DNA from: Hypanus sabinus
Lineage: Eukaryota
DNA length: 64,000 bases
Assembly: GCF_030144855.1 (NCBI RefSeq)
Contig: NC_082731.1
Location: 11,470,001-11,534,000, forward strand
Direction of reading: 5' to 3'
How positions within the stretch are numbered: position 1 is the stretch's first letter; every line of letters starts with the position of its first letter. The notes under the pieces are model-generated. The model worked only from the letters and a program-made list of their open reading frames with translations. It searched no databases and was not told where the DNA came from. Positions 10,347 to 24,634 of this stretch are shown here, piece after piece. The position numbers were made by a program, and so were the translations under genes.

Positions 10347-11789
10347 TTGACTCTTTTCTCTTTCATATTGACGATCACGATCTACAATTGTATGATTTTC
10401 AGGACTCTGATTTTTGTGTTTATTGCTTGGATGAAATTTAATCCCATTAAGAATATTAGTTAAGGAAATTCGTCACGTCTGGTGGTCGCTTGATTAATTC
10501 AAATAAACTGAAAACATGCGGAAATATCAATCGATAACCCAACCCTGATTTCCAGTTATTTACATTGAACTGTTAGCAGCCGAAAGCTAACCTCACTGAT
10601 TCTTGTGTAGGGACATCCCGTGGGATAATGGTGAGGGACATATTCATGAACGGAGCTGAATTATTCGAGAGGGAGAGCCACAAGCCGCCATTGTTGGAAG
10701 ACCATTAATCCTGACTGGCCGTTCACAAATGCAGCATTCGAGAGGAAATGGTTGAGGCTGCACCTGTTTCTCCATGGAGAACTCTTTGTTCAATCAAGAA
10801 ACACGGTCAAGAAATGAATACAAAACCATATAAGATTTTGCCAACAATTTTCGGAGATGCATTGAAACAACAGTTAGTCTGATGAACGTGCGCTGGATTA
10901 AACTTCCACGGACGCGACTTTGGAGTGTCCTGTATTGTGTTTCGCTCTTTCAGTCTGATGGAAGAATAAAGAGTCTTGGCAATGGAGAAAATAAATACCG
11001 AATATCATGGTTTTAAACTGGATTTCGTTGTGCTGCCTTCGGGGAACAGGTAAAATACCCAGATCTTTACTTCCACAACAACGGGAGCATAATCAAGATA
11101 AGAGTGCCAGATGCGAAGTTTCAAAATATATTGTGCAAAATGGCCGGTCATTTCGTGATCCCTGCGAATTTAAAAGTCAAGTATGCATATTCCGAGCAAA
11201 ATGCGAAAGCGAGGCTAAAGGGGAGGCAAATACGTGTTAGTTGTATTGAATCTTAGGTGAAGGAACACATGCTCTTTTTAAATTCCAAATTCGTATGTTA
11301 CAATCGATGTCCATGGCACAGATTCTGTTGTATTAGGAGGCCAAAGGGTAATTGGATCACCATAAAGGGTAATTGGATTAACCTGCAGTTAATCCACAGG
11401 AACTGTTAGGATTTATCGATTGCTTGTCAAATTAATTGCCCACTGCTGTCCTCCACCTATATAAGTTTAATAATTTTGAAAATTAGTCGGTCAGAAATTA
11501 CATTGGATTAAGCAATTTCAGATTTAATATCGGTCTTCTAATTCACATTTCTACCTTCAGCTACCCCCTTCCTTTTATTCTTCTCTCCTCTTTTCTTGTG
11601 TCATTGATCTCGATCTACTTCCAGCTCAGATTTACCGTCCATCTGCACAGCTGATGCCAGCTTTCAGAATCATTCAAGCCTTCCTATCTCCGTCCCTTTG
11701 CATTAATTTAAATATTGGAATGTACGGTTCAGATTAACCAATGACACGCTGAATACGATGGGGCCGGGAGTTTCGAGGCCTAATGGGAA

Positions 11790-12110
11790 TAAACTGTTTC
11801 TAATCCTGACCGTTCTTATTTCTATGCATTGTAGTCTTCTGCCTGAAGGAAGAAAGTTAAAGAGGTGGGTGGGATCCTGAACAATACTAAGGTCCCTGCC
11901 CACGCAGTGCTACAGATAAATGTCTCTACTGGATGGTAGGCAGACTTCTATGATCCTCCCAGCTGTTCTCACAGTCTTTTGTAGGGACTCCCGGTCCAAT
12001 GGTCGACTGCTCCCATACCAGATGGAGATGCAACTTGTCAGAATGTTCTCAGTGGTGCTTCCGTAAATCGCAGTTGCGATGGTGGGTGAGAGCTTCACTA
12101 TTCACAATCT
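11790..12110 (-). mobile_element. Rex1/Babar-like LINE 3' fragment
   Basis: ORFs 11910-12098 (TENILTSCISIWYGSS...LQKTVRTAGRII) and 11703-11903 (FNFLPSGRRL...RIRNSLFP). Confidence 0.7.
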
Positions 12111-12149
12111 TATGAAGTGGAGGCGCTGCTGTGCCTCTTGTTCAGGGAG

Positions 12150-12600
12150 GATAGGTGGAGGCACAAATAGAGTTGAAACAGGGAGGTTGCAGAAGGACTT
12201 AGATTCGGAGAATAAGCAAAGAAGATGTAAATGGAATATAATGTCAGTAAGTGTATGGTCATGCACTTTGGCAGAAGGAATAAAAACACTGGTTGACGAG
12301 ATAGGTCTCATTGAAACCTATCGAATGAGTGGATATGGAGAGGATCTTTCCAATGGTGGGAGGAATCTAGGACCAGAGGGCACATCCTCAGAATAAAAGA
12401 CCGTCCATTTAGAATGGAGATGAAGAGGAATTTCTTTAGCCAGTCGATAATGAATCTACGGATTTCGCTGCCACAGGCGGTCATGCAGCCTAAGTCTTTG
12501 GATGTATTTAAGGGGGAGCTTGATTGATCAGTGAAGGCGGGAAGGAAACGGGGAGAAGGCAGGACAGTGGGGTTCAGAGCGAAATGTACCAGACATGATG
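12150..12600 (+). mobile_element. CR1-type LINE fragments
   Basis: RLQKDLD..., aagtgtatggtcatgcactttggcagaaggaat (KCxVMHFGRRN) and the CR1 3' tail. Confidence 0.65.
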
Positions 12601-13934
12601 AAATGGTCGATCAGACTCGGCTTTTAATGGCAGTGATGAACCTTTGTTCACACACACACACATACATGATTGGAAGCCAGACACCGATTAACTACTTAAG
12701 GCGTCAAATATCACAGTTCTAAATAGTTTTTGGAAAAGTCTATCATTTGTAATTTTCCCACTTGTGGTGCGAGTTTATTATCCTGAACCGTCAACAAGGT
12801 TTATTTCTCTACAGATATAGTGAGCTGTCGATTATTTGCCGACTTTCTGTTTTTGAGTTCATTTGTTTCATGCCTTGTTCAGAACTCATCTGTGGCACAA
12901 TTTACTTCAGACTAGAATGAGAACACATACAACATAGAACATTGCAGACTATCTCAGCAACATGTATTGACAAATGCTGAATTCAACGGATACTCGAAAT
13001 CTTTTGTATACCAGCAGCACACAGTGTTGTCAAGCCGAGCTGCCTCTGCAAGAGACACAAAAAAATTTACAATGCATGGTCGTTTATCATGTCAGCAGTT
13101 TTGTTTCATTTAGGGGTTTGTTATCCATGGGAAGACTGTGCAGAATTGGTGGAATGATATCTGCTTTTGAATTATGTAGAATGCGAGAGGCCTACTATCA
13201 TTGAAGTTGAGAAGAATATGACTGATTGCAATGAAGTTCTAAAAAGTTGAAATTTGTTAGATCAAAATGGAATAAAATAACGATGTTGTGGGGATTCATT
13301 AGAGAGACCTAATTGAAATAAGGAAATAGGTTTCACTTTCTTTCCATTCAAACACATTCAAAAGTATTGCCCAATTGGAAGCGGATGAAGGGAAAGGTGA
13401 AATTCAGGCACGCTAAGGCCAACAGTTCATTTCTTTTACATAAATTTATCAGATGCCCTGAAATGAATACGATAAATGGAATTAGAATACAGAAGCGATG
13501 CTCTTTGTGAATGCTCACCTCCTGAGATGCTCTACCAACAGTGATTACTAGATGAGGTAATAGGGCTAAGTTAAAATATTTTCTCCCAACCAATAAATCA
13601 TGAGCTGAAGATTTCAGATTAAATTATGATGGTGTTCAAGCTTGTCTGCTGGGATCCATTTAATGTGGATTATTATCTTTCTAAAGACGAGGATTATATT
13701 TTTTCCTGATAATGACCGAGAAATGTAGTTAGTGAGACTGATGAAACTGGCTGGGGAAAGCTTGCCGGTTTCTTTAGAGAACGACATGAACGAATGACAT
13801 GAGCATTTACGTTAATGTGGCAATGCCTTGCGGTGTGCTGAAGCTAACTTTAAATCAAAATTCTGGTTGTATTTCGTTTATTTAGTTACCACAGAAAACA
13901 TTTTGTTTCCTCGTGTACCTAATAAACTGGCCAT

Positions 13935-14007
13935 TGTATGTTCATGAACATTTAGTATGTTCATTGTAGTATGTTCATTTAGTATGTTCATTGTAGTATG
14001 TTCATTT
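13935..14007. repeat. Minisatellite (tagtatgttcatt[g])n
   Basis: Four 13-14 nt units at 13953-14006 plus a partial upstream copy. Confidence 0.8.
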
Positions 14008-14009
14008 GT

Positions 14010-14870
14010 GTTACCGTCGCCTTCCTGTCAGATTGAATACGTCTGGCTATTCTCCCCCGACTTTTCTTACCAGCTGGACGTTTTCGCCCATACAATTGCC
14101 ACACATTGGATTTTTTTGTTTGTTTCTCGATCCATTCTGTATAAACTCTACAGAATATTTTGCGTGAAAATTCCAGGAGATCAGAAGTATCTGAGATACT
14201 CGTGTAACACCTGCTCAACAGACTGGTATATGTCTAGGGGAAGAACTCCAGCTACTCTCCATCCCACCTCCCGTATACGCAGGTGCTGTGGAAAATAACT
14301 TAATGCAGAGACGCACACACAATTTCAAGCTCACACCACATACCGTTTTAAAATATTCTTTAAAGATTTTACTAGAACTAAAAGGTTACTAACAATACAG
14401 TATATATGAAGGAAAAGAAAATAATATAAAAGGCGCCAAAACTTATCAGTGTTCAGTCAGTTTAGTGCACATCGTTGGAGCTCAACCATTGAACCACTCG
14501 ACCCCTCGTCACTTTCCTCCGACCTCCACGTCCTTGCACTTGGGACCACCCTGGTGGTCGACTGAGCAGTGCCGCACACGTCCACCTTCCTCGGCGTCCT
14601 CTTCCCGACTCCCTCAAAAGACCGCGCCAACACCCACAGCTCCCAGACCCACAAGACCAAATTACATCTCCCCATTGCTTAACAAATGAATATAATCCCG
14701 ATATCAGCAAGTCTAAAGCTAAACAACTGCGAGAGAAAGAACTTATTATGACAAATAAGCATTCCTACTCGTAACAAAACAAAGTATCTATTTTGATTAA
14801 CATACACAGTACATTGTACACTCGAACAACCCCGCTTGGCACCAGCAATCATTCGACGGTCAAATTAATT
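14010..14870. mobile_element. Tc1-like DNA transposon remnant split by a solo LTR
   Basis: ...gcgtgaaaattccaggagatcagaagtatctgagatactcg resumes after the insert as ctcgaacaaccccgcttggcaccagcaatcatt, resembling fish non-autonomous Tc1 sequence as I recall it. Confidence 0.5.
14203..14820. mobile_element. Solo LTR (618 bp)
   Basis: TGTAAC...TGTACA ends; 4-bp TSD CTCG at 14199-14202 and 14821-14824; core shared with 45185-45785. Confidence 0.75.
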
Positions 14871-14899
14871 TAGATAATTTTGGCCCTGATCTTGGCCCT

Positions 14900-17800
14900 G
14901 AGATTCATTGGGTTATTGAGACTCAATAAGGGATAAGCTACAGGCAATGGAATCTGTTCTGAGTGAAGTTACGGAAGCAATGAGGCAGGTAATCTCGTGC
15001 TGATAAACCCAAACTCATCGGGAGGATTAACCCTAGCCACAACGGTTGAACAGCTCACCATAGACAATTAGAATCAGGTGTCTGCGATTTCCGCTCTCAC
15101 GGCCGCCGTCCACGAGCTCACTGTGGACATACCGCGTCAGATGACAGCCGTTAACATTCAATGCAATTCAGCAGCCTCTGCCCGCTCAGTCCTTCTCCCA
15201 ACATCTTGCAGGTCCTCCTTTTTCTGCTGCTCCGACAACCTTCGCTACTAATGCTCACGCTCCCGCGCCGGGACCGGAACCGAGTTCTTTCAGACTCCAC
15301 GGATTCCCGCGTCCTTACAGGAACCGAGTATTCCACAAGCAGGTCGATATTCTGATGATCCTGATTGATACAGGAATTTTATTACTCAATGTGAGCTGAA
15401 ATTCCAATCCCAGTCAGTTCGTTTTGGTAAAGATTTACGAAAACTGGCGTACATGGTCAATCTTCCAAATGGATCTATTCTCAACCTGTTCAACGCTTTA
15501 CAGGAGCAAGGATACCCCGCAGCCCAATCGTTCCGACATTTCGTGCCAGAGTGAAGAAGGGTTTTTGACCTTCCAAGACTGGGTCAGGAGGCTGCCCACC
15601 GACTCTAGGACCTGCGCCAAGGCAGAGGAGCGGTGAGTGCCTACGCAGTCAAATTCCGCACACTTGACGGTTTGGAATGAGAGATCAATCATCACTATCT
15701 TTCAGCGTGGACTGAACGCGGGGTCCGGGACGAGCAGGACGGTCTGGATGATCTGACCAATCAGACTATACGAGTTGACGACCGAGTCACCGAGTGGCAC
15801 AGCGAAGGAATTTTTCAAGCTTCCTGCGCCCTGTCTGATCACCGTCTATCCTCGCCCTCTCTCCGTCCGTCACCTCCAGCACCCAGTCCACAGAGGAGCC
15901 TATGCAAGCTGGGCACACGCGCCTCTAATGTGGTGATCAAAGGCACTTCCCAGTTGCAGGTTTCAAGCGTCCGGAAAAATAGGACACGCGTCAGCAGGGA
16001 GGGAAATCCTGACGCGTGGGTTCTCTCTTCATTCAGCCTTCCCTAATTGTGTAATGTTCGCAGCTACTCTGTCGTGGAGGTCTCAGACCCATGAACGTAA
16101 GGCGTTTAGTGCAGCTGGGAATCCTATGGCCATCTCTATAGCTCAAAGACGGGGAGTTCCGACTCTGGAATTAAGAGAAAAGCCCAACGTCAAGAAGCTG
16201 GATGGTCGACCTCTGGGCACCGGCTCCTCCAACGTGTGCTCGAAGACAACCATCATGAACAAACATTTCTATCTGGTTAATTTGCCTGAACTGCCACTGG
16301 TACTGACTACAGCTGAATATGCTGTTCTCCTTGAGGTCTTCAGTTAAAGGAAGGTCACCTGCTTGCCCCCACACCGGCCATACAACAGTGCCATCGACCT
16401 CCTCTCGTGCCTCCTCTCTGGCTATTTTCACTTTCTCGCCCAGAAATGGTAGCCATGAAGGAATACATCAAGGAGGCATTGGCTATGGGGTTTATCCGTC
16501 CGTCAACCTCGCCGGCAGGAGCAAGCTTTCTTTTTGTGAGCAAGAAAGATGGCAAGCTCTGTCCGTGCATCGGTTATCGGTCCCTGAACCGCTACCCTCT
16601 TCCCGCGCTGGCGTCTGCGCTTGAATATATCCAGGGAGCAACCATGTTTTCTAAAATTGATCTACGCAATACTTACAATCAGGTTCGGAAAAGATAAGGG
16701 GTTAAATGGAAGACAGCTTTCAACACCTCTAATGGCCATTGTGAGTACCTGGTGTTGCCTTTTGGTCTGTATTCCAGGCCTTGATTAATGATGTGCTCAA
16801 GGACATTTTGAACAAGTTTGTGTTTGAGTTTTTAGATGACATCATCATCTATACTCGCTGTCATCGGGAACACGTCCGGCATATCCAGAGAGTTCACAGA
16901 CAGCATTGAAAATAACCTGTCCGCCATGCCTGAAAATGTGACTTCTAATAAGACAAGGTATCGTTTTGGGGCTATATACGTACCCCACACAGTGTTCATA
17001 TCGACCATGATAAAGGTCAGGCAATTCAAGAATGGCCCAAACCATCTACAGTAAAACAGTTACGGCGCTTCACGGGGTCTGTGATCTTTTATCGCCGCTT
17101 CATCCAGAATATCGGCTAACCTCAAGACATAGTGTCTGATCATGCATCACAGTTCACTTAATGCTTGTAGAAGGCTTTCCTTTCTCTTGTAGGAGCCACG
17201 ATCAGCCTCTCGTCTGGTTTCCATCCCCAATCCAAGAAACAGATAGTGAACCAGGAGTAGGAGGCAACCCTGCGCTGCCTTGCCTCTTCTAACCCCACGT
17301 CCTGGTGCTCCAGTTGGTTTGGAGAGCGATCACCCCGATAACCCCCCAGTTGCCCTCCACGAGTAGGTCCCCCTTGGTATGCCAGAAGGGATTCCAGCCG
17401 TCACTGTTCTCTGAGCAGGATATCGACGTAGTAGTTAAGCTGCTGAATAGATGATCCAGCGCTACAAGCGCACCTGGACACAAGCAAGGACTTCTCTGCT
17501 GCGTGCCCGGAAACGACATGCCCGGCAGGCTAATCAGCGCCGGCTGACAGATAAGGCAATTCAAACCAAGATAGGATGTCTGGTTGGCATCAAGGGATCG
17601 TCCCCTGAAAGTCGAAAGCCGCAAATTTGCACCGCACTGTGTTGCACCGTTTGTAGTGGAAAATGTTTTTAACAAGATGTCGTATATATCGCGTTTTACA
17701 GCATCACTAAAAATCCACCCAGTATTCCATGCTTCCCAGCTCAAGCCGTTAATTACCTCTTCCCTGACCTCAGTTCCCACACCTCGCCCTCCTCCCCGCC

Positions 17801-18454
17801 AGGTAAATGGTGCCTGGACTTTACAGTGCGGTGCCTCCTGAGATCTTGCCGGGTACGTTGTAAGGTCCAGTATCTTGTGGACAGCGAACGGTGATTAACA
17901 ATGCAGAAGAATGTTCTTGTATACCGGCGGACGACATTTTGGACAATTTCCTCATCCGGGACCTCCAGCGGACACAGGTCTGTGGGGCCTCAGGGTCTGT
18001 GCCTAGAGAGGGGTGCCCTGTTACAACCATAGATTCGGCAGAGCTGAAATACAGCAATTGCTCACCTGAATATGCACTTGTCAGCTAATTACTATTTCAT
18101 CGGGATAGTATTTAACTTCATTCTTTTCGTCGTAGTGCTTATCGACCATTGAGCAAAGCACAGCAACATTTCGGTGTCTGCTTGCCTACGACCTTGTCTG
18201 AGAAATTGGAGTAATTGGACTGTCGGGTCAACAAACTGGAAAGACTAGCAGTATTCATTTTATATTTAGTTATTCCTTTCAGTCGCAATGTTGGTTTTGT
18301 TTGCTATTCGAGAGGTTTAGTTAACGGCCCAGTATGGCCTAGCGTTTATTGGTTTCTTTTCCCTCAAACTCTGTTGGCATTAAAGTCTGTGAGCTATCGA
18401 CCTGCTTCAGGATCTCTCGCTCCGCAGTTGGGCAAAAACCGAACGTAGTGACGC
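14900..18454 (+). mobile_element. Degenerate sushi-like Ty3/gypsy element lacking its 5' LTR
   Basis: RT piece 16407-16697 ([39 protein letters not shown]); integrase end and chromodomain remnants 17120-17960; purine tract then TGTTACA at 18019 opening a probable 3' LTR to about 18454. Confidence 0.8.
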
Positions 18455-19282
18455 ATCGGGTGTTTGACGGTCTTGTCTTGTGCCTTTCTTTGTTTCATCG
18501 CTGTCTCTTAGGAGATGAATCTTAAGGCTGTAAAATGTATACATAGTTTGATAATGAATGTACTTTGAACATTTGAATTTTATATTGATTTCAAAGATTT
18601 TGATAGATTTGCATGGGAGAGCATCCAGCAGGCAGAGAAAATAACTAGAGGACTGGAATGCTTTTATTTGAACTCAACAAGTCTAACTCGCAAGATAAAT
18701 AAACTGATGTCTTTATCTCAACAAGATTCTAAGCTCTGAAGCGCGAACATGATCAGTAATTTACATAATTTAGCTCACAACGCTGCCCTTTCACTTTAAT
18801 GAAAATAGAGTTAATTTTATTTTGTTTGCACTGCAGTATCTGTGAGGACAGTTGCCGATTATATTTCTTTGTCAGTAAAGAATGAATACATTAATCAAAC
18901 CAATTAACTTTGTTGCGAATGCAGAGTAGCAGCTATCCTTTTGTAATAATCATAATTCAAACTTATTTCAACTGCGTAATATTTTTGGTTACTTCAGCAG
19001 CATGCCCAATTCTTGGCAAGATGATGCGATTGATCCTTAGTCATAAGGATCTTAGTTTCACTGTTGCATGCATGAATTAAATCGCCACCTTGCTTTTTTT
19101 AATATAGACCTTACAACTTTAATTATTATTGTGGAAAGTTTGACTACTATCAAACCAAGCTAAACATATGCGGAGGTGCGTGAGATTTAAACCAGAATTT
19201 TCAGTTCAAAATCAAGCTGCAAAGAACAATTCTCTTGCATTCTCTTTGTTGATATTCTAGCAGGAATTTACTACAAGAAAGG

Positions 19283-20062
19283 TCTTACGAAATCCCGTAA
19301 CTGGATCACTTACCAGCAAAGATAGAGAGGTCCGTTGAAGTCTGATGGTACTATTTTTAAAAGTATTTATTGATAAAGGGCAGAAAAATAAGATTAATGC
19401 AAACATACATATAATATACGTCGTCAATACTAAATCAAAAGCGCGGGTATAATGATAACCAATAAGAAATAGCTCTATCGTTGTCTAGGGTATAATGTAT
19501 TGTCCGATGGAAAGATAAAAGTCGCTATCAGTTCGTTCAAGCTGCAGCGTTGTTGGGGTTTAAAAGCGATGCGGTTTAAACTTGCCCAGGTCTTTTATGA
19601 TGCCAATCCGTTGAGTCAGGGGAGCGGATTTCCCCGTTGTTAGCTAAAAGCTGTTTTCTGTGGTTCCAGCCAACAATTCCAGCCACGGAATTGAACGCAC
19701 GTGGCCTCCTTCCGATGACTTCCTGCTGTTACGTGGTCACTTAACGTTTCTTCTTGTGCGTCTGAAGGGGTTGTTCCCCAGACCCTCTTTTATCCTTACT
19801 TACGGGGTCTCAGATGTCAATCAGGTTGGGATGATGCAATCCCTCAACCAGTCCACTCTGGTCATCCCCTGAGGTGCTTCAATGAATAGTACAGTACTCA
19901 ATACACAACTTGGTCTTCCGGAGACAATGGCCATGTCCCGTAGCTTTACATCGCCGGGGAAACGAGGCATTTTGCACTTCCCTCTCTCATTCCCTGGGCC
20001 CCTTTACCCAACCCAACAGTGATCTTGCGATTCTCACAAAGGAGGGGGCTACTGACGTTACA
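19283..20062. mobile_element. Solo LTR (780 bp)
   Basis: Ends TCTTACG (TG probably mutated) ... CGTTACA; 4-bp TSD AAGG at 19279-19282 and 20063-20066. Confidence 0.65.
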
Positions 20063-21697
20063 AAGGAAAATGTTATTGCTCAGATCACCGACGAGATATA
20101 ATGTGTTAAAGAAAGCACTTATTATTCCCCACGACTTTAGGCCCTCGGAAGAATCAACACAAGCTCGGCCTTGACAGCGAAAGATATCAGGATATATGGA
20201 ATTAAGGAGAAGGAATATAAGTAATGTACAAATAGACGTGTTCCGAATGTAATTGCCCATGACTTAATCATACCTGATTGTCAATATAGCAGAAACGAAA
20301 CCTCGTAGCTTCAATTAATTTGCAATTTTATTATTGCACAAAACTCGGGCTGCACAGGTGAAATTGAAGGAGAACAACAACCTGATTGTAATCGCAGGAA
20401 TTGGTGTCATTCAGGTTCTGATGCAGATTCTCCTGTGTTCTTTCGGGAATGTAAGCCTTTGATTCTGACTTAAATGCACGAAGATTTTACTTGTGTTACT
20501 GGAATGACAGGATGTACTCTCCACCAAACACATCTGCAGGATGTGTTTTCTCCTGTCACTAAGTAATTCTGGAAATTGAAAGTGTTAACAAAGAAGAGAG
20601 AAAGCCATGTTTTTACTGCTAGATTTTAATTACAATGTGTGTTGGCATGGTAATTCTGGAGTCACGGTAATGTCTTTTATTACCCACGGGAACACCACAA
20701 CCTATGCCCATCATGTGATTGTGACTGTTATCAATATCCGGAAAAAAAGCTTGAAGCTTTTGAGTCTAGGACGGTCGGGAAGCATGGCGGGACTATTTCC
20801 ATTGAAAGCCTCGGTAACATCCTGGTAACAGTTTTCGTAGAGAACACACTATGCAATGTAACGCCTTGTGATATGTATCACAATGCATCCGTTGCTAATC
20901 TATTTGCCCTCAATTGCTTATGCTCTACCAAGGCACACGGGGATCTCGTCTATTTATTCTAAGATTTCTCAGCATATATTTTACATTGGAATTACTTTAA
21001 AATACAACTTATTCTACATTGACCAACTTCATAAGTTAGCGAAGCATTTAGGTCTCATGTAGAAAAATGGTTCTGAACTGGAGAATGGAAGTCGCAGCTG
21101 GGATGTGTTACTCTAGGTCGTTTATAGAAACGATGTGATTCTGTAATACCTTGTGCGAGAGTGCGAGAAAAGTTTTGGGAAGTGTCAGTAACACGGACAC
21201 ACAAATTGCTGCTAAGAACAAACAAAATGAGCAATTAATATATTCGTTTCTAAAATACTACCCCAGAGAAGGACTTAAATGTGATCACGTGGTTACTTTA
21301 CAGGAAAACTAAGAATTCCTGAAATTACCTTCGTGTATCAAACTCTATTTTGATAAGTAATTACAGATGCAAAAATAAAACTAACTAACGGAGGAACTCG
21401 ATGTTTAGTAATTTCTAAAGATTACTTGTTCTGTGCCTTTGAATATTCAGAGAGGCAGCTTTTCAAACATGACCTTTCTTTCAGAGTGCGAAATTACAAT
21501 GCTGTACTTAACGGATCATTAACTTCTTTCACAATAGAAACAGTTTCCAATATGTTCCACGAAAAATTCCCCTCAACTTTTCTTATTATAAGGTACATAT
21601 TTTGCTGTCATTGACTTAGCACAGTTATTATAAAAGTCGATCCAACAGCATTGACAATGCCGTATCAAAAGGTTGGGAGAAAGTGAATCAAAGTCGT

Positions 21698-24455
21698 AAA
21701 CACGAGGAAATCTGCAGATGCTGGAAATTCAAACAGCAACACACACAAAATGCTGGTAGAACACAACAGGCTAGGCAGCATCTATAGGGAGAAGCGATGT
21801 CGACGTTTCTGGCCGAGACCCTTCGTCAGGACTAACCGAAAGGAAAGATAGTAAGAGATTTGAAAGTAGAGGGCGAGCGGGAAATGCGAAATGATACAAG
21901 TAGACCGGAGGGGGTGGGATGAAGCTAAGAGCTGGAAAGGTGATTGGAGAAAGTGATACAGAGCTGGAGAAGGGAAAGGATCATGGGACGGGAGGCCTCA
22001 GGAGAAAGAAAGGTGGGGGGAGCACCAGAGGGAGATGGAGAACATTTAGTTATTTAGGCAAACAACTAAATATGTCAGGGATGGGGTAAGAGGGGGAGGA
22101 GGGGCATTAACGGAAGTTAGAGAAGTCAATGTTCATGCCATCAGGTTGGAGGCTACCCAGCCGGTATATAAGGTGTTGTTCCTCCAACCTGAGTTTGAAT
22201 TCATTTTGACAGTAGAGGAGGCCATGGATAGACATATCAGAATGGGAATGGGACGTGGAATTAAAATGCGTGGCCACTGGGAGTTCCTGCTTTTTCTGGC
22301 GGACCGAGCGTAGGTGTTACACGAAACGGTCTCCCAGTCTGCGTCGGGTCTCACCAATATATAAAAGGCCACACCTGGAGCACCGGACGCAGTATACCAC
22401 ACCATCCGACTCACATGTGAAGTGTCGCCTCACCTAGAAGGACTGTCTGGGGCCCCGAATGGTGGTGAGGGAGCAAGTGTAAGGGCAGGTGTAGCACTTG
22501 TTCCGTTTACAAGGATAAGTGCCAGGAGGGAGATCGGTGGGAAGGGATGGGGGGATGAGTGGACAAGGGAGTCGCGTAGGGAGCGATCCCTGCGAAAAGC
22601 AGAAAGAGCGGCGGAGGGAAAAATGTGTTTGGTAGTGGGATCCCGTTGGAGGTGGCGGAAGTTACGGAGAATTGTATGTTGGACCTGGAGGCTGGTGGTG
22701 TGGTAGGTAAGGACAAGGGGAACCTTATCCCGAGTGGGGTGGCGGGTGGATGGGGTGAGGGCAGATTTGCAGGAAATGGGAGAGATGCGTTTGAGAGCAG
22801 AGTTGATGGTGGACGAAGGGAAGCCCCATTGCTTAAAAAGGAAGACATCTCCTTCGTCCTGGAAAGAAAAAAACTCATCCTGAAAGCAGATGCGCCGGAG
22901 AAGGAGGAATTGTGAGAAGGGGATAGCCTTTTTGCAAGAGACAGGGTGGGAAGAGGAATAGTCCATGTAGCTGTGAGAGTCTGTAGGTTTATAGTAGATA
23001 TCAGTAGATAGGCCGTCTCCAGAGATGGAGACAGAAAGATCAAGAAAGGGGAGGGAGGTGTCGAAAATGGACCAGGTAAATTTGAGGGCAGGGCGAAAGT
23101 TGGAGTCAAAGTTAATGAAGTCGACGAGCTCAGCACACATGCAAGAGGCAGCGCCGATGCAGTCATCTATGTAGCGAAGGAAAAGAGGGGGATGGATACC
23201 GGTATAGCCTTGGAACATGAACTGTTCCACAAAGCCAACAAAAAGGCAGGCATAACTGGGACCCATACGGGAGCCCATGACTACACCCTTGGTTTGGAGG
23301 AAGTGGGAGGAGCCAAAGGAGAAATTATTGAGAGTAAGATCTAATTCCGCTAGACGGAGGAGAGTGGTGGTCGAGGGGATTTGGATAGGTCTACAATCCA
23401 AAAAAAACCGAAGAGCTTCGAGACCATCTCGGTGGGGGATGGAGGTATATAGGGACTGGACGTCCATGGTGAAAATAAGAGAGGGGGCCAGGGAACTTAA
23501 AATCATTGAAAAAATTCAAAGCATGAGAAGTGTCATGAACATAGGTGGGAAGAGATTGAACAAGGGGGGGGGGGGATAAGACAGTCAAGGTATGCAGAAA
23601 TGAGTTCAGTGAGGCAGGAGCAAGCTGAGACAATAGGTCTCCCTGGACAGGCAGGTTTGTGGATCTTGGGTAGGAGGTAGAAACGGGAAGTGCGGGCTGT
23701 GGGAACTATGATGTTTGTGGCAGTGGATGGGAGATCCCCCAAGCTAATAAGGTTGGTGATGGTATTGGAGACAATGGCCTGGTGCTCCTTAGTGGGATCA
23801 TGATCAAGGGGTAAATAAGAGGTGTTATCAGAGAGTTGTAACTGTGCCTCGGCCAGGTAGAGGTCAGTACGCCAGACAACAACAGCTCCCCCCTTATCAG
23901 CAGGTTTTATAGTGAGGTTGGAATTGGAACAGGGTGTGGTGAAGTCAAGACGGTTGATGTCCCGTCGGCAATTAGCAATAAAGAGATCCAGAGCAGGGTG
24001 TCCATGAAGAGGAGGAGGGTTGAAGATGGGAGAAGGGGTCATCGGTGGGGGTAGGAGAGTCCTTGTCCAAGAAGTAAGCTCGGAGATGGAGCCGGCGGAG
24101 GAAGAGTTCAGCGTCATGGCATAAGAAGATCTCACTGAGGTGTGGGTGAAGGGGGACAAAGGTAAGGCCCTTGATGAGGACAGAGCGCTCTGCCTCAAAG
24201 AGTTGAATGTCGGAGGGAATGGTGAAGACCCAGCACGGATGAGAAATGGGATCAGAGGGGGGAGGGAGGCTGGTAGTGTCAGTGGAGAGGGAAGGGCTGG
24301 GTGAGAGGAAGATGGAGCTTTTGAGGGCCCAGGAGCTGACGATGGGATCTGAGGGAGACGGGTTGGCAGAGTGGTGGTGGTGGAAGGGGAAACGGGAGTC
24401 ACAATCGCAGCATGTGAATACCCGGCCTGGAGTTCAAGGCTGGAGTCGCAGTCAA
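21698..24455 (-). mobile_element. Penelope-like retroelement (RT + GIY-YIG endonuclease), frameshifted
   Basis: IKPADKGGAVVVW (23533-24402); MDVQSLYTSIP, GVVMGSRMGPSYACLF, RYIDDC (22430-23506); VVYCVRCSRCGLLYIGETRR followed by a stop near 22320; G run at 23564-23575 at a frame change. Confidence 0.9.
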
Positions 24456-24634
24456 AGTCATTATAGGTTTGCAGAGGCGATGTTTCAGTGTTTTGCTTCT
24501 ATTCTGGTTTAGCATCCACTAGTTCACCTGCAATGAAAGACACCACCTGTGAATCAGAGACTGAGGTAAAGAGACAACCAGGCGGAATTGTCAAAAGTTG
24601 TGGTATGCACAATTGTCGAACCATTACGTAGATA

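Noticed and set aside
20300-21700. Possible 3' Ig enhancer (CAGGTG, near-octamer motifs)
   Set aside because: No perfect octamer or clear motif cluster; indistinguishable from background
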